This document shows positions 39,744 to 53,418 of a DNA stretch of 64,000 nt, one piece after another (within the stretch, counting starts at the first letter, position 1; each line of letters starts with the position of its first letter). The translations under genes were made by a program, and so were the position numbers. The stretch comes from Octopus sinensis (lineage: Eukaryota), in contig NC_043000.1 of assembly GCF_006345805.1 (NCBI RefSeq), positions 44,206,001 through 44,270,000 on the forward strand, read 5' to 3'. The notes beneath the pieces are model-generated. The model made no database searches. It saw only the letters and a program-made list of their open reading frames with translations, and was not told where the DNA came from.

Positions 39744-40090
39744 AGAATATGAGTGTGTATGCACACATATTTATATTTATATGTAAATTTTTTTTCATAC
39801 TTGCATTAAATTCTCTGAAGAGGCCGTGAGATATTCTTGTTAATGTCTCATTTATACCTGCTTTATATGGCTAATAGGTTAAATGGGACATTCCTGTCTT
39901 CACGGCCGAAAAAGCTGTCAGCTACAATGTAAATGTATTTCTATTTCTATTTCTATGTCTTGTTATATTTGTACTATATTAATGTATAATATCATTGCTA
40001 TTGTGTAATGGTTTAATAAAGTATTGATTGGGTATTATCTGATGGTTGATGATTGATTTAGATATATTTCTCCATTTTCTCATTTTGTAT
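39446..40090. mobile_element. Head-to-head inverted duplication: 198-bp arms (39446-39643 and 39893-40090) with a hammerhead, ending at (TA)n
   Basis: 3 mismatches seen between arms; the spacer contains (TA)n and the 5' half of the HHR. Confidence 0.85.
39804..39929 (+). ncRNA. Type I hammerhead with long stem II
   Basis: CTGAAGA (39815-39821)-GGCCGTGA..13-bp inner helix aatgtctcattta/taaatgggacatt..TCACGGCC-GAAA-aAGCTg-TC-ag. The half-copy in the inverted arm has the intact GAAA-cAGCTg-TC. Confidence 0.75.
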
Positions 40091-42365
40091 ATATATATAT
40101 ATATATATATACACTTTAAAAATTAGGATAAAATCTTAATAAGAAATCTTAATAAGAAATTATCAGGTAGTTAGCGTGAAAAACCTCATAAGAGAAAAAA
40201 TCTGTAAATTTTTTCACTTGGAGGGACTTTATGTGTAATAATGCCCTTTATGTGTAATAATGCCCTCTCTCTCTATATATATATATGTGTATGTGTGTGT
40301 GTGTGTGTCTGTGTATGTGTGTATGTATACTCTCGTTTATATGTGTGAAAGCGGACCATATCTTCGTTCTTCGTTTATTTGTATACGTATTGAATAACAT
40401 AACAGGAAATCTATTTCAAAGATATGAAACAAATAGACTCAATAAAGTATAAGAATGCCTATAAATTTCTCACCCAGTGTCATTATTGTCATTATTACGT
40501 TATTCATTCTAAGCTGATGGGTGTTTAACCAGGTTATTCTTTCGATTATTTTTTTAAAATAACATTATCTATTAGATTAATAATACAGATGGTAAAAATT
40601 GCTTATGAAAGCAGTTTGAGAAAGGAAATGATAAAATTAACGTTAAACAGATACATTGTAGGGAACGTTCTCCAAATGCAGTTATTGGAATATGAGATAT
40701 TAATATGCATATTGATATATAAAGAAGACAGCTTCAAAACACTTTGTATCACAATAATACATACACACAGTAATATATATTTGTAAAATATAGTAAAGCA
40801 ATTCGTATATGCTGAAGTAGAAAAACCCCTAGTCATAAAGCAAATGCCATCGGATCTTTTATGTTTTAGGCCTAAATAGTTGTACAGGGACTCCTCGAAC
40901 TGATATATTTAATCTAATATTTCTATTCAGGTACCATCACGTTCACACTTTCATATTGAGAACATACAAAATGAACTCAGAACGTGCGTGCACATCAGAA
41001 ATTCTATCGCATGTCTTCATTAGAATGAAGAGACCTATTCTACTTGCAATCCCATCTGAAGCTCATAATTTTAATCTTAAATCTTTCAGCTTTCATTTCA
41101 TTATGGAAAACATGTCGAAGACATGATATATATTAGGCCAGCATGGAATGGTGAAATCAAATGGTGCAACACAGCTGCTGTAAGGGAACCAGTTCAGTTT
41201 TATGGGGGAATGTTTTATTCCAAACAAGTGTTTAGTAATTCCGGTGACAACTCTCTTCATATACAGATTCAAGTATTTATTTTACTTTCTTCGCGTTTTC
41301 TAACGTTCTTATGCCAGGTGACCCCTTATTTATATTTAAACTCAAACAACCTATGATGCAACCAGTGCCCGAACTCTAGAATGCGGTCACCAGTTTGGTA
41401 AAGCATATGAGATGCATCTTCGATTGTTTGTAGAGTATTATGCAAAATATATTCTTTTAATTATATCAACGGCCATTAGAAATATCGAATGCGTGGTAAT
41501 ATTTCATTGTATGGTCTTGCTTGTAGTGTAAATTTCAGCAGAGAGCCAGTAGTTTTAGAATTATTTTCTAGTTTCAGCAACATTTCAAGACATTATTCCT
41601 ACAGAACTAGTCTACTGAACTAGCCATTCATAGTATTTGCTGTCCGAAAACATTTTGTTAAAGCCTAGTTCATAATGCAGATAGTATACGACTCTAAATT
41701 GATACATGTTTTAGCTATGGGAATGAAATCAAATCTCTTGCATTTAGAATAGAAATTTATTTCGTATCCATTGGTAGTTGAGAATGGGTGCAGGAAACGT
41801 ATTAATTTCGAAAGTACATATGAAAGAAATGAAATTCTGTCACATGGAAATTATAGTAGAATAAACATTACAATGACTATTACATGCTTCAGGAGAACTA
41901 AATACAAAGTGTAAAAGAATAAAAATATATATAGTGATATATTTATTGAAATTATATTCTTACTTTTCCAGACATTACAACATTATCCCTGCTATCACAG
42001 CTACAATGCGCCTTTCCATATTTATTAAGTGAGAAATCCGTAACTGTTAAGTGAAAATTAACATTATGATGAATGTGTTTTCTGTGTTGGTGAATTAAAA
42101 CTGATCGAATATTAGTTCATGAGCACAACTAACAGTTTGTAAATTATTACTTATTTTGACATTTAATATGTTTGAGATGATTTAATATTTAAATATTGAA
42201 AGGAAACTATTTCGGAAGGTATGATAGGTGTGAATGAAATTTTGCAGAATTCGATGGTTCAAAGATGATAAAATATTTCAGTAACACTACGTTTTGTATA
42301 ATAACAGATCGTTCATATCATAGTAAAATGTATTGGCCAAATTTAAATGCAAAATATAAATTTGA

Positions 42366-42419
<54 letters not shown>

Positions 42420-42554
42420 TTCAGATCTGCTACTAACTGCCTAACGAACCTTCACAAAAGTAAAAGGATAACTAAGGAAATATTGAAAAAAACATTTCAT
42501 GTAATATTTCCACAATTTAATTGTATTTCATGCTCTACTTGAAAAGTCGCAAAG

Positions 42555-42598
<44 letters not shown>

Positions 42599-42693
42599 GT
42601 GTGTGTGTGTATAAGGATGAAAAGGAACACACGAGTTGATATATATGGAAAAATAAGTCAAAATAGAAAATGCTAAAATAATTTTATAAAGAA

Positions 42694-42741
42694 CATTTCA
42701 GTACCGGTTTCAGTCATTTTGAGACCTTTTCAACTGTAACG
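42694..42741 (-). ncRNA. Minimal type I hammerhead, U3:A8 variant
   Basis: Exact reverse complement of 44162-44209. Confidence 0.75.
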
Positions 42742-43224
42742 ATTAAATTTACAAAATTTAAAAGAAATCACTTTTTAAAGGAATATTTGTATAGTGTTCA
42801 AATATAAGTGGCATTTTTCTTGTTTCTGCCATGCTCTGTCTCTCTTGTTCACACTTGTGGATTCGAGGTCGTTGTGAATTCTTGGTAGGGAAGAAGAAGA
42901 ATGATGAGAAGGAGGGGGTAAATTTGGAAATGCCTTGATTGTTGTATTTTGAATGGTGAGTGGCGGCTAGTAGTTCATGAGAATACTTCTATTGAAAGGT
43001 TTGTTCATAGAATTTGCGTGGGTGTTATAATAAAAAGCATTAGTGATAAAGTTAGGAAGTAGAAGGGGGAGAAGAAGAAGAAGAAGAAGAAGGAGAAGAA
43101 GAGGAAAAAAGAAGAAGAAGAGGGTATCTTTTAGTTCTTGTAAGTCGTGTGTCTCTGGTGTTTGCATTGGAAACTATAGTACGTCCATCCTCCAAAACAT
43201 ACCATCCGCCAAACCATACCGCTG

Positions 43225-43505
43225 CTAAACAAAGACCACAGAATGAACACAATCCACCAAACACACACGATCATAAAAAGCAAGTGACAACCTAAATCTA
43301 TGAAAAGTCTCCTAACACAACCCGAATACACTCTTCAACACAGAAGCCGACAGTAAAAAAAAGTGGAAGACCCAATTGCGGGATATGCGATTATCTAATT
43401 GAGGGATCAGAGTTCTTCAAACAGGGACAACGGTTTACAGTGAAAAGCAACTTCACATGTGCTTCGGAGAACCTGATATACACACTAACCTGTTCTGGGT
43501 GTCAA
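43225..43505 (+). pseudogene. Penelope-like linker, Cys-motif and GIY-YIG endonuclease N-terminus
   Basis: LNKDHRMNTIHQTHTIIKSK*QPKSMKSLLT..GRPNCGICDYLIEGSEFFKQGQRFTVKSNFTCASENLIYTLTCSGC (FTC.S.N.IY..TC..C, truncated before YIG). Confidence 0.8.
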
Positions 43506-43669
43506 GATGATGATCTTCTTCTTCTTCTTCTTCTTCTTCTCCTTCTTCTTCTTCTTCTTCTTCTTCTTCTTCTTTTTCTTCTTCTTCTTTTTCTTCTTCT
43601 TCAGCATCATCATCATCATCATCATCATCTTCTTCTTCTTCTTCTTCTTCTTCAGCATCATCAACATCG

Positions 43670-43708
<39 letters not shown>

Positions 43709-43709
43709 G

Positions 43710-43768
<59 letters not shown>

Positions 43769-43830
43769 ACATCTTCTTCTTCTTCTTCTTCTTCTTCTTC
43801 ACTTCTTCTTCTTCTTCTTCTTCTTTTTCT
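43506..43830. repeat. Compound (CTT)n/(CAT)n microsatellite
   Basis: Directly visible; explains the poly-L/H/M/K ORFs. Confidence 0.95.
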
Positions 43831-44161
43831 CCCCTTCTACTTCCTAACTTTATCACTAATGCTTTTTAGTATAACACCCACACAAATTCATAAACATACC
43901 TTTCAATAGAAGTATTCTCATGAACTTCTAGCCACCACTGACCATTCAAAATACAACAATCAAGGCACTCCCAAATTTCTCCCCCTTCCTCCTCACCATC
44001 CTTCTTCTTCTTCCCTACCAATAATTCACAACGACCTCGAACCTACAAGTGTGAACAAGAGAGACAGAGCAAGGCAGAAACAAGGAAAATGCCACTTATA
44101 TTTGAACACTATACAAATATTCCTTTAAAAAATCATTTCTTTTAAATTTTCTAAATTTAAT

Positions 44162-44209
44162 CGTTACAGTTGAAAAGGTCTCAAAATGACTGAAACCGGT
44201 ACTGAAATG
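44162..44209 (+). ncRNA. Minimal type I hammerhead, U3:A8 variant
   Basis: cgttacag-TTGAAAA-GGTC-tcaaaat-GACT-GAAA-CCGG-TA-ctgaaatg; stem I has 7 of 8 pairs, palindromic CCGG stem III, GUA site. Confidence 0.75.
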
Positions 44210-44252
44210 TTCTTTATAAAATTATTTTAGCATTTTCTATTTTGACTTATTT

Positions 44253-44297
<45 letters not shown>

Positions 44298-44489
44298 TAT
44301 ATAACACGATGTGGAATGGATAATTGGATATATTTACTTGTCTATCTTATCCATAATTTGTTTTCTCATATTACTGGTTACATATTTAAACAAGTATGGT
44401 ATCACATAAGTTTAGAAAATCAACACCAGCAAATCATTCTCAAAACTATTACGCTGTAATATGTTTCAAGGATTGCGAAAATGTAAACA

Positions 44490-45085
44490 TTTAGAATAAG
44501 TTGATGGACTGAGTAGAGGGGAATTTCAGAACGAAAGGATAAGAATAATGCTGAAAAGGACATATAGAATAAGAGATGAAGGGTATGATGTGATATTAGA
44601 AGAACTGAAACAAAGAGTAGTAGCAATCAAAGCAAAACTAGAAAGATATGGCAGTAGAACAGAACAATTCAGACAAACCAGATTGTTTGTAGCAAATAAG
44701 TAGAAACTGTTTCAGGGAATAGATGGACAATTGCACGTAACAATGATACCAGACGCAGAGGAAAGCAAGGTATTCTGGAGAGGTAGCGTGAGCCAAACTG
44801 TAGATCATAATGATGAAGCGGAATGTATGCATGAAATCCGAGATAGGTTAAGGAATATAGAAGGACAAGGAGACAGCGATAACTACAGAAATGATAAAAA
44901 AGCAATTAAGAAAATTCCAAAATTGGAAGAGCCCAGGACCTGATGGAATCGAAGGCTATTGGATGAAGAAGATTAGAGGGCTCCTTAAAAGTATAGCAAA
45001 GCAGGTAGATGACTGCTTGCAGAAAGGGGTAATACCCACCTGGATGACAAAGGGAAACACATTGTTATGTACCAAGGATCCTGAC
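44490..45085 (+). mobile_element. R4/Dong-like LINE fragment (pre-RT region and RT start)
   Basis: ILEELKQRVVAIKAKLERY..EQFRQ..IPDAEESKVFW..NWKSPGPDGIEGYWMKK..IPTWMTKGNTLLCTKDP. Confidence 0.8.
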
Positions 45086-45842
45086 GAGGGGTCTCTGAAA
45101 GCATGACGCGCTGGAAGGACGCGTTCAGCTTCCAGTTACCGGGTCCCTGCATATGGAGCCTATCTAGAACCACCGTAAAGAACACATATCTGTGGTCTGT
45201 GTAGTTGACAAATTCAAATCGTGGATACCTTGTGCTATTCCTATCTGCTGGCATACAAAATACCCTATCTAGACAAGATCTGGAAGACCCGGCAGTGTTT
45301 ACCCATGTCAACGCTGGAGTATTCGGGAAGTCCAGTCAACCTGTCCGCCAGCTGGAAACGTCTGAGCAGTTTGCGAGGCTTGCGCAATCTTTCCTATCCG
45401 CTAGCCCACCCAATACACACGTGCATCCAAAATGGCGTTCCGATCGCCCACTAAACCTAAAGAGAGAGCCATCGCTGGAAAGGCCTCCAGGCGTCTGAAG
45501 ACCATCCGCTGCCCCGCTCCAGACGGTGCGTACTCTGCGACCAATCTGAATGCACTCCCTTCGTTATCGTTCACGTCCCAAGGACACCGATAAACCTTCA
45601 GAGCCCAGGAAGTCCGACCGTATCTCGAGATCCATAACTTTTCTGAACAACACTGCCACCTCTCCTATTTTCGGTCGACTAAGAGATGTGCAAATCACAA
45701 AGTCATCGAAAATGGAAGCCAAGTACCGTGTGTCCGCGATTCTGTTCTCACCGGTGGCTATTACTTCCAGACTTAGTCACCTGACGGCGTTGCTCAAGCA
45801 TTCTTGCTTCCATGACGACCCCAGGCCATGTACTTTAAGAAA
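45086..45842 (-). pseudogene. Tx1/L1-clade APE endonuclease fragment
   Basis: ..LVGDWNAILDAR..TWVNTAGSSRSCLDRVF..YTDHRY..GPGNWKLNAS (GDxN, LDR, xDH and WKLN motifs). Confidence 0.8.
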
Positions 45843-46624
45843 CGCCATGCTGGCAAGGAGGTAAGGAAAGAAAAATGGAGTGTCATTTGTCCTTCTGTTG
45901 CTGTTTTTGATCGAGTGGTTCGACTTGGCAATCGAAAGACCATTAACAGGAATAAGTCAAATGATTCAATTAACGTGCAGGATTTTTGCATCATTGTATT
46001 ACGGAACACAATTTTATCAGAAACGTGGATAAATAAATTATGGATTATGAAAATTAGTTAAAACTGTATAATTCTTTATTCCTTAGCAGTGTGTGAAAAA
46101 GTTATAGGGAATATTTTATTTTTCATTTTGTTCCAATTCCATTATATTCTGAATTTATCACAGATTACAGTTCCACGCTTACAAGTTAACTAGTTTGATA
46201 TTTTTTAGGGATCAGTCAACTTATAGATAATTACAGATCATTAATTTTTCACTTGTTTCGTGTGCTAAATTACTATTCTGAATGATCAGATAATAGTAAT
46301 TTGCATGTAAATTAACGTTATAGAATAATGGTATACATTTTGTCTTCGTGATTACACCGCTATTGAAATTCATTTAATATTTGTAGCAAATTTAGTTTTT
46401 AGTCAAACTAAAATATGGCCATCTGAACCATAAAATATTTGAGTTCAATTGCAACAGCGTATTTACACCGCTAATTTAGCTTAGGAAAAATATAAGGATG
46501 GCATATATATTGCCAGGCAATAGTGTTATGAGAAAGAATGGGGTTTATCACAGCAATCTTTTAAGGTGTTGCCGTCTCTGAATCTGCCTCATTTAAAGTC
46601 ACATCGGAAGCCATTCTTGCCAGT

Positions 46625-46790
46625 TTTCGAAATTGGAATAACAAATGTGGCATGCCGGGCGAAATGCTTAACAACATTTTCCCTGTCCTTGCGCTCTGTG
46701 TTTAAATTCCGCCGAAGTCGATTTTGTCTTGTAAAATTCCGGTGTCCATAAAATAAATACCAACTGAATGCTGTGGTTACTCCCTCCCTC
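46625..46790 (+). mobile_element. Diverged SINE family A
   Basis: gccgggcgaaatgcttaac..tttaaattccgccgaagtcgattttgtc..ataaaataaatacca. Confidence 0.6.
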
Positions 46791-49700
46791 CAAATTGTTT
46801 TTCATCTTAATATTAGAATGATATAGAATTTTAATAAATTTAGAATGATAAACGTTACCCCAATCTACGTGGCTGGTTATTACTGGACTGAGAGACTTCA
46901 GACCTCCGCAAAACATTAACGTATCGAGAAAGTGTTCATGTATTTCTTCATTGATATCAAGCAATGCGTAACAGAATAGAAGTATTTAAGTGTATCGCGG
47001 CTAAAACTTGTGAGAAAATTCGTCTTATTTCTAACTTAGCATTTCTTTGAAGAGCAGGGTAAAGTTTAAGCAATGGAAGCAATGAAACGTGGGAATAGAA
47101 TAAATCTCAAAACAGTTCAACAGGGCTCTCCCTTTGTGAACGGAATATTAACAGCAATAAAAGGGACCTTAATATATGAGAAGCTTAGAAATATAAATAG
47201 AATGACACAAACTGAAAATGTATGCATAATCATTTGATTTCAGACAGCGTGATATATATTGTGAAATTTCTCCAATACTTTCATTTTAATACGTCGTATC
47301 ACTTGACACTGCAGCAAGAATCATAACAGGTACATAAAAATTTAGTAGCCCAATAATATTTTGAAAAGAAAATATATGCTTCACTTTGAGATCTTTCTTA
47401 TAATCTGTTCAATTACAATAATAGAGTAACTCAGTGAATTCTATCATATTTGTCTGGTAAATTTTCAAAAATGCGTATGTTTGTCCCAACAAGAGCACTT
47501 TATTCCTCATGCAAGCCAGAAATATTATTTGCTAAATATAATTCAGAGTATTTAGGCGAGATTCATTAAATTCGGTTACACAATGTACGTGAAGTTTCCA
47601 GTACCTATAACATTATTATTTCAGAAATAGAAATATATTACCACTGAATGAATAGAAAATTTGTGGAAATGTGATAGTCGCAAAATATTTATATAAATGT
47701 GGATTGCAATGTCAGAGGAATCTCATTAGAACACTAAAGTTTGGTGAGACACAAATGTAGGGCACACTGTCATTATTCCAGTAACAATAAGCGGAATGCT
47801 ACCTACATTGGAGCCTGCTATCTAAAAATAAAATGAGAATTTGGGAATAGATTTATTAGTTATATAAAATGATGTTGTTTGAAAGGTTTTGGGATCTATA
47901 TTATTTCCATAAAGTGGGACCTGGTGCCCAGCTGTACAGCCAAAACTTCTCTAAAAGTAGGAAATATTGTTGAATTGACAAATAATTATTCAAAATATGA
48001 ATTTATTCCAATGTAACATTTGCGTAAACGACACTAGGATTTCAGTTTTACTGACAAGTCATCTCATGGATATCCCCATTATAGAAGGTGTAGCATTTTA
48101 TGAAGGTGCACTAATATATTTCCCTGAAACCTCACAAAAGTAATCGTATTTTCACATCCCATCCTACAATATCCCTTCTAACATTGTCTCTGCTACTTGA
48201 TACGGTAATGTTTTGTATATGCATCTAACTCTCTGTGAAAAGTTAATTTCAAAACTATGCGCTTATTTCCAGCATAGAATAACTTCGGTCATTTTCACGG
48301 TGATGGGTTACTGATCTTATTTGTTCTTTGACGGTCGGAAGCTACAGAAAGGAAAATACACATGCATGTAGATTTTCTGAAGGCAGAGTTTAGATAATAA
48401 AATTAATGTGATGGCGGAAATCAAAATATACAACAAGTCTTTTTTTGAATTTTCTTTAAAATATCTTCACTTGTCGATCTCGTTTTGATTAGAGTGCATC
48501 TAAACCTCATTGCAGTATAGTGTACATACTTATGTAACTGTATTTCATATAAGTTTGAGCATCTCGTATTGTATTATAACAATATAATCTCATGATTATA
48601 TTATTATGATATATTATTGGCTAATAATCATGAATAAATTCTCTCGGTGAACAATAAAGGAAGAATTCACCTGTATTCCCAATTCTAGACTCCTGTTTTT
48701 ATCGAACAAAAATCTATGGACATTTGTTATTCAAACTGTCGTCGCAAATACATAAGGAAATTAACGACTAGTTTCATATTTCTTAATGGGAAAATATCCA
48801 GAAATGTAACTGAGTCAATTAATGACAATATATCTAAAACTAAAATCACTTGGTTCCTGGTATACTAAAAGATCTCTGTATTTTCATGAATTCACGTATC
48901 ATTATATGCTTAGGCTCTACCAAATTTTATATACATAATATAAAGAAAATGTCTTATTTCTAAAAAATATAAATTTTGATTATGATTTTCTTCTTTTATT
49001 AAGGTGTATCAAGTTAATCATATTCTTATGACACTATTAATCACACAGTTTTCATTTACATGAAATGCCATGTGACTAGGAAATAAATGAGAGTTTCGTA
49101 GCACTTAAGAGTTGAATTATCATCAAAGACTCTAAATATATACTAACAATCAGACCACGTGAATAACATTCAGACTGGTGGAAAGGCAAATCAACAAAAA
49201 ATGGAGGAAAACTTTTCTACACTATACATAGGCGATCAAATGTTAAATCTTAACGCAAAGTCTTATTATATATCTAGACAGTCTATGCTTATCAACTGCA
49301 ATTATAAAAAAAATGATAATATATTAATAGAGGAAGTAAAAAACATAATCAATCATTACAAGGCTGCAATGTTGCTTTAATTCATTTCAGACAATTTCAT
49401 ATGGAATGCGAACAACTGCTGCTATTTGTGTCATAATATCATATCTGTTTTAGTCAAAGGATTGCCGGCATATACTTAAAAGCGATTCACCAATTTCATC
49501 TGTACCACTCCTATAATTTTTGCATACATGAATGCGCACATACATAGAGACATACACAATACCCAGCTAATGCACTTCGCTTGCAATGAATTTGTCGCTT
49601 GCACTAAGACCTGTTTAATATTTCATTTAAGCTTGAAAAGAATAAATCATTTTACTAGCCTCTACATACAAGAATTTGTCAGGAAAATATAAAGAGGACA

Positions 49701-52639
49701 TTTTGGCTCTCATGCTCATATACAATACAAATAACTGAAATGATTCTTCAGGAAATAAAAGTTATATACTTGCTACATTTCGCCGATATCAGAAACTTGT
49801 TTGTTGCTGGTTCTTTCTTAATTTTAAGATGCAAATTATGACAAGATGACATGGAATATGGATATGAATTATATTCAACTGAAGGGTACCCATATTCAAT
49901 GAAATGCACATTTGTATGTTAGATTTAAGTATTTTATATATGACCTGGAAATTATGAAATGGGAAGTTATTCCTGAAAGAATTTAAGATTGCTCTTATTG
50001 AATTTACAAGCAACTAGAATTTGAATGAGACCATATTTACATACACGGGGAAATTTCTACACGAGAAATGTCAGTTATTGGAAATGTTTTGTTTCACAGT
50101 GTGAAAATTCGGTTATGTTAACGTCCATCAGATGAAAGATAGTTTCAAGTTCACCACAAGGGAACATGAATGCACGTTCCCTATCTATGAAATGTGCCCA
50201 TGCAGGCTAAAATACTGCACATTTGTGGTTTGTTAGACGCTGTCAGAATCCAAAATCCTTACGGAAAGGTCTCAAAATGAAATTATTTTATCAGAGAACA
50301 ATACAATACAAGACACAGAACCAAACTCACGCGTGCACACATACACACACACATACATAGCTCACACACGCGAAAACACACATACACAAACATACGCACA
50401 TTCACAAACTATGCAATAGAATCAACAGCAGTTAAATGATCAAGATAAAAATGTACGGTTCCCTTGAGATATTTCCGTGGGTCACTGAAATAAATATTTT
50501 ATCGCAAGCTGAAGCAGTTGTAAATGGAGAGCATTGAGTCTGAAAAGCAATAGAGTTAATGAAGGAGTACACCGGTCACTTCCTGAACTAGAAGGGAACC
50601 AATTTATCTCTTATTGCACAAAACAAGTTTAAAATGGACGAACACGTGTACTACATTTAGAAATGTAAACCATTAAATGAAGTGAACTAATACAGATATA
50701 ACATAAGATCTTCGAAATAAAAACTAGACTAAATAGCATGAAAATGCCACTGATTTTTAAGATAATAAACAAAGTGTAAATATGAAGTTTTGCTTAGAAG
50801 TTTTAATCGATAAGTTATAAGGCAAATAAAAAAACTTCGTGTACTGAAAATTCCAGACTTCTTGAACTTATCAAATTGTGCTCGGCCTCATAGAAAACAT
50901 TAATCATCAATTAAGTATTTCATCAGCTAGCTGTCTCTGTTACCAATTCTACCTAACTCGAACAGTTTTATGAATCTCGTTAGACAGACTATATTTTGCA
51001 ACCAAATCTTAAACAACTTATGTAACTGTAAATTCGATTTCTTATAGATTATTTGGAAACAGTAGACGTAGAAAATATTTTCATTATGTAAAACATTTTA
51101 ACCATTCGCAAAAACAATAAATGGTGGGCCTTAAAACTTAAAATATTATAAAGTTCTTGTGTTATCTTAAATTACTCTAGTCATGAAAATTTGTATGTGA
51201 TTACTTAAACAATATCGAGTAATGAAACATTCCTGAAATTTTGAATTCTTTTTTATTATAATATGAAATCAATTTCTGTTTGTATTAACTAAAACCAATA
51301 ATAGATTTATTTATTTGCTTTCTTTTCATATTTCGCAAGAAACACGTTTTGTTTTCAAGTGAGGTTATACTGTGAAAATGTGAGATCATTTTATTATCTT
51401 AATTTATCATCTTCATTTTTCTCACTTAACTGAATTCAAATTTAAAGTGTAAACTCGATCTGACACCACAACATTCCAAAAAACTCCTTTCTAAAAAATT
51501 ATAAATATATTTTCAAATGAAATTAAGATATTATAATAAAATCAATATCTATAAAACTATAAATACTTTATAAAATTAGTTTTAAAGTAACACAAAAGTA
51601 TCGAACTGAAAGAAAATGTAAAATAGATTTTTTAAAACAAAGAATTTCTTCTTTCTTTCTTATTAAAAGTAGTATCACATAGCATCGTTTCTTCTAACAG
51701 TGGAGTATTTACAAAATCTTTAAAATAGAAGTAAAACAAAATGAATGTATTTCCAAAAATGGAATGTGATTTCCATCAAGAAATTTTTGAATGCAATAGA
51801 AATAGTAAACTCAGCAACAAATAAAAAAAAAGTTACATATCTGAAAACAATACCCCAATAGTTATAATTTTATCATGTATTATTTAACGATTCTGAAAAA
51901 TATATTTTGTTCAATTTTCTGATATTTTCTCACTCCTTGATAGATGATTGACACTAACAACCATGATAATCGTAAAGCAGGTTGAATATTGATTTACCGA
52001 TTGGAAAACATTTGATTAATTTAAACACTCATTTGAAAAGAATTCTCATAAAATATCGATATATAATGCTCCTGTTTACATATAAATTGAAAGCTTTCAT
52101 TATTATAATTATAACTTAATGGATGTCATTAACATGCCGTTTACTTGGAACAAATGTTGCTATATTCTCCTATTAAAACACATAGCAATATTTCTATATA
52201 ACCATCCGAAATTATTTGCATTATTACTTGCTCATGTTGAGTACTTACAATTTATTTTCAAAAAATATCGAGGGTTCATTTTTTTTGAATTCTTAAAAGA
52301 ATTGGAAACGACAATTGTTTCGTAGATTCAAGTTGATGTGTAATGTAAGAAAAATAGCAAACACTAGGAGTTATATATTAACGAAAAATACAGATGTAAA
52401 TTAAATTTGAATAGAGTATGAGATTTTATTATTTCCATGAAAATCATGTTTGAATATTAAAACATTAGTGCAAGCAATTTGATATATAATGATATGAGAG
52501 AGAAATAACCAAACATGTCACTTAAATGCAAATTCACCAATAATTTTCACATTAAATACTTACCTAAAAAGACAATGTATTACTTTAATATTCGACATGA
52601 TGGGAAAGACACATTTCTGAATTCCTGTATTCTTATGTA

Positions 52640-53207
52640 TCAGGTCATCACATAAGTTCTGTCCGAATTTTGAATAAAGAAAACAAGTGATTAAATACTA
52701 TATTTAATTGAAATTTAATCATCAATGTAATTTCCCTGATTATCTATGACTTCGACCCATCTATTTACAAGCTTTTTAATCCCATCAATGTAAAACTCTT
52801 TTGGTTTCAAAGTGAAGAACTCTGAAATGTCAGTTTCGACCTCCACCTGGCTTGCGAAAGTTATCTCCACCAAATGTTTCTGTAAACTACGAAACAAATG
52901 GTAGTCTGAAGGAGCAAGGACAAAAGAATAAGGTAGGTGGATGAAGAGTTTTTCCCTACAAGCTTTCGATCTTCTGTGATGTGATCTTTGCAGTGTGGGG
53001 TCGCGCATTGTCCTGATGAAACAGCACTCCTTTTCAATTCACTAAAGCGTGTATTTCTTTCTTCAAAGCTTGGTTCAAACGCTCTGAATTGCTGACAGTA
53101 GACTTGAACATTGATTGTTGCGTTAGGTAGTAACAATGCAAAGTGAATTACTCCTTTGCAATCCCACCAGATAGAGATGGGAATCTTTTTTTCCATGAAG
53201 TTCCCTT
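52640..53207 (-). pseudogene. Mariner transposase C-terminal half plus terminal repeat
   Basis: ISIWWDCKGVIHFALLLPNATIN..; LPYSFVLAPSDYHLFRSLQKHL..FYIDGIKKLVNRWVEVIDNQGNYIDD*; TIR-like (TA)tcaggtcatcacataagttctgtccg at 52640. Confidence 0.9.
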
Positions 53208-53313
53208 CATTTACCCTGTAAATCGCGAGTGCGATGATTTGAAAATTTTAGGTCAGATATTGCCTTGGCAGGGTCGGAAATGCCTCGTGAAAATATCTGT
53301 TCCGACTTGGCTA

Positions 53314-53418
53314 TTTCTTACTGAAGAATCTGAGGGCCTATGGAAGATTGGCTTGATTTAATTTAATCAGGTTAGTTTACCATTAAACAGCAGATGAAAC
53401 GGTGCATCGTATAAGAAA
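53314..53418 (+). ncRNA. Apparently intact type I hammerhead ribozyme, extended stem II
   Basis: TTTCTTA-CTGAAGA-ATCTG..58 nt..CAGAT-GAAA-CGG-TGCA-TCG-TA-TAAGAAA; 7-bp stem I, exact core, GUA site, predicted cut after 53411. Confidence 0.88.

Larger units (their letters stand above)
42640..44260 (+). mobile_element. Truncated Penelope-like element: inverted 5' terminal repeat (~42640-43075), GIY-YIG fragment, 3' terminal repeat (~43830-44260)
   Basis: ~435-bp arms about 92% identical by eye, each carrying the same HHR; microsatellite at both outer ends; endonuclease fragment inside. Confidence 0.85.

Noticed and set aside
45072-45105. CTGACGA-ggggtctct-GAAA at the LINE/LINE junction
   Set aside because: Formed by codons KDPDEG joined to another element; no stem I or III.
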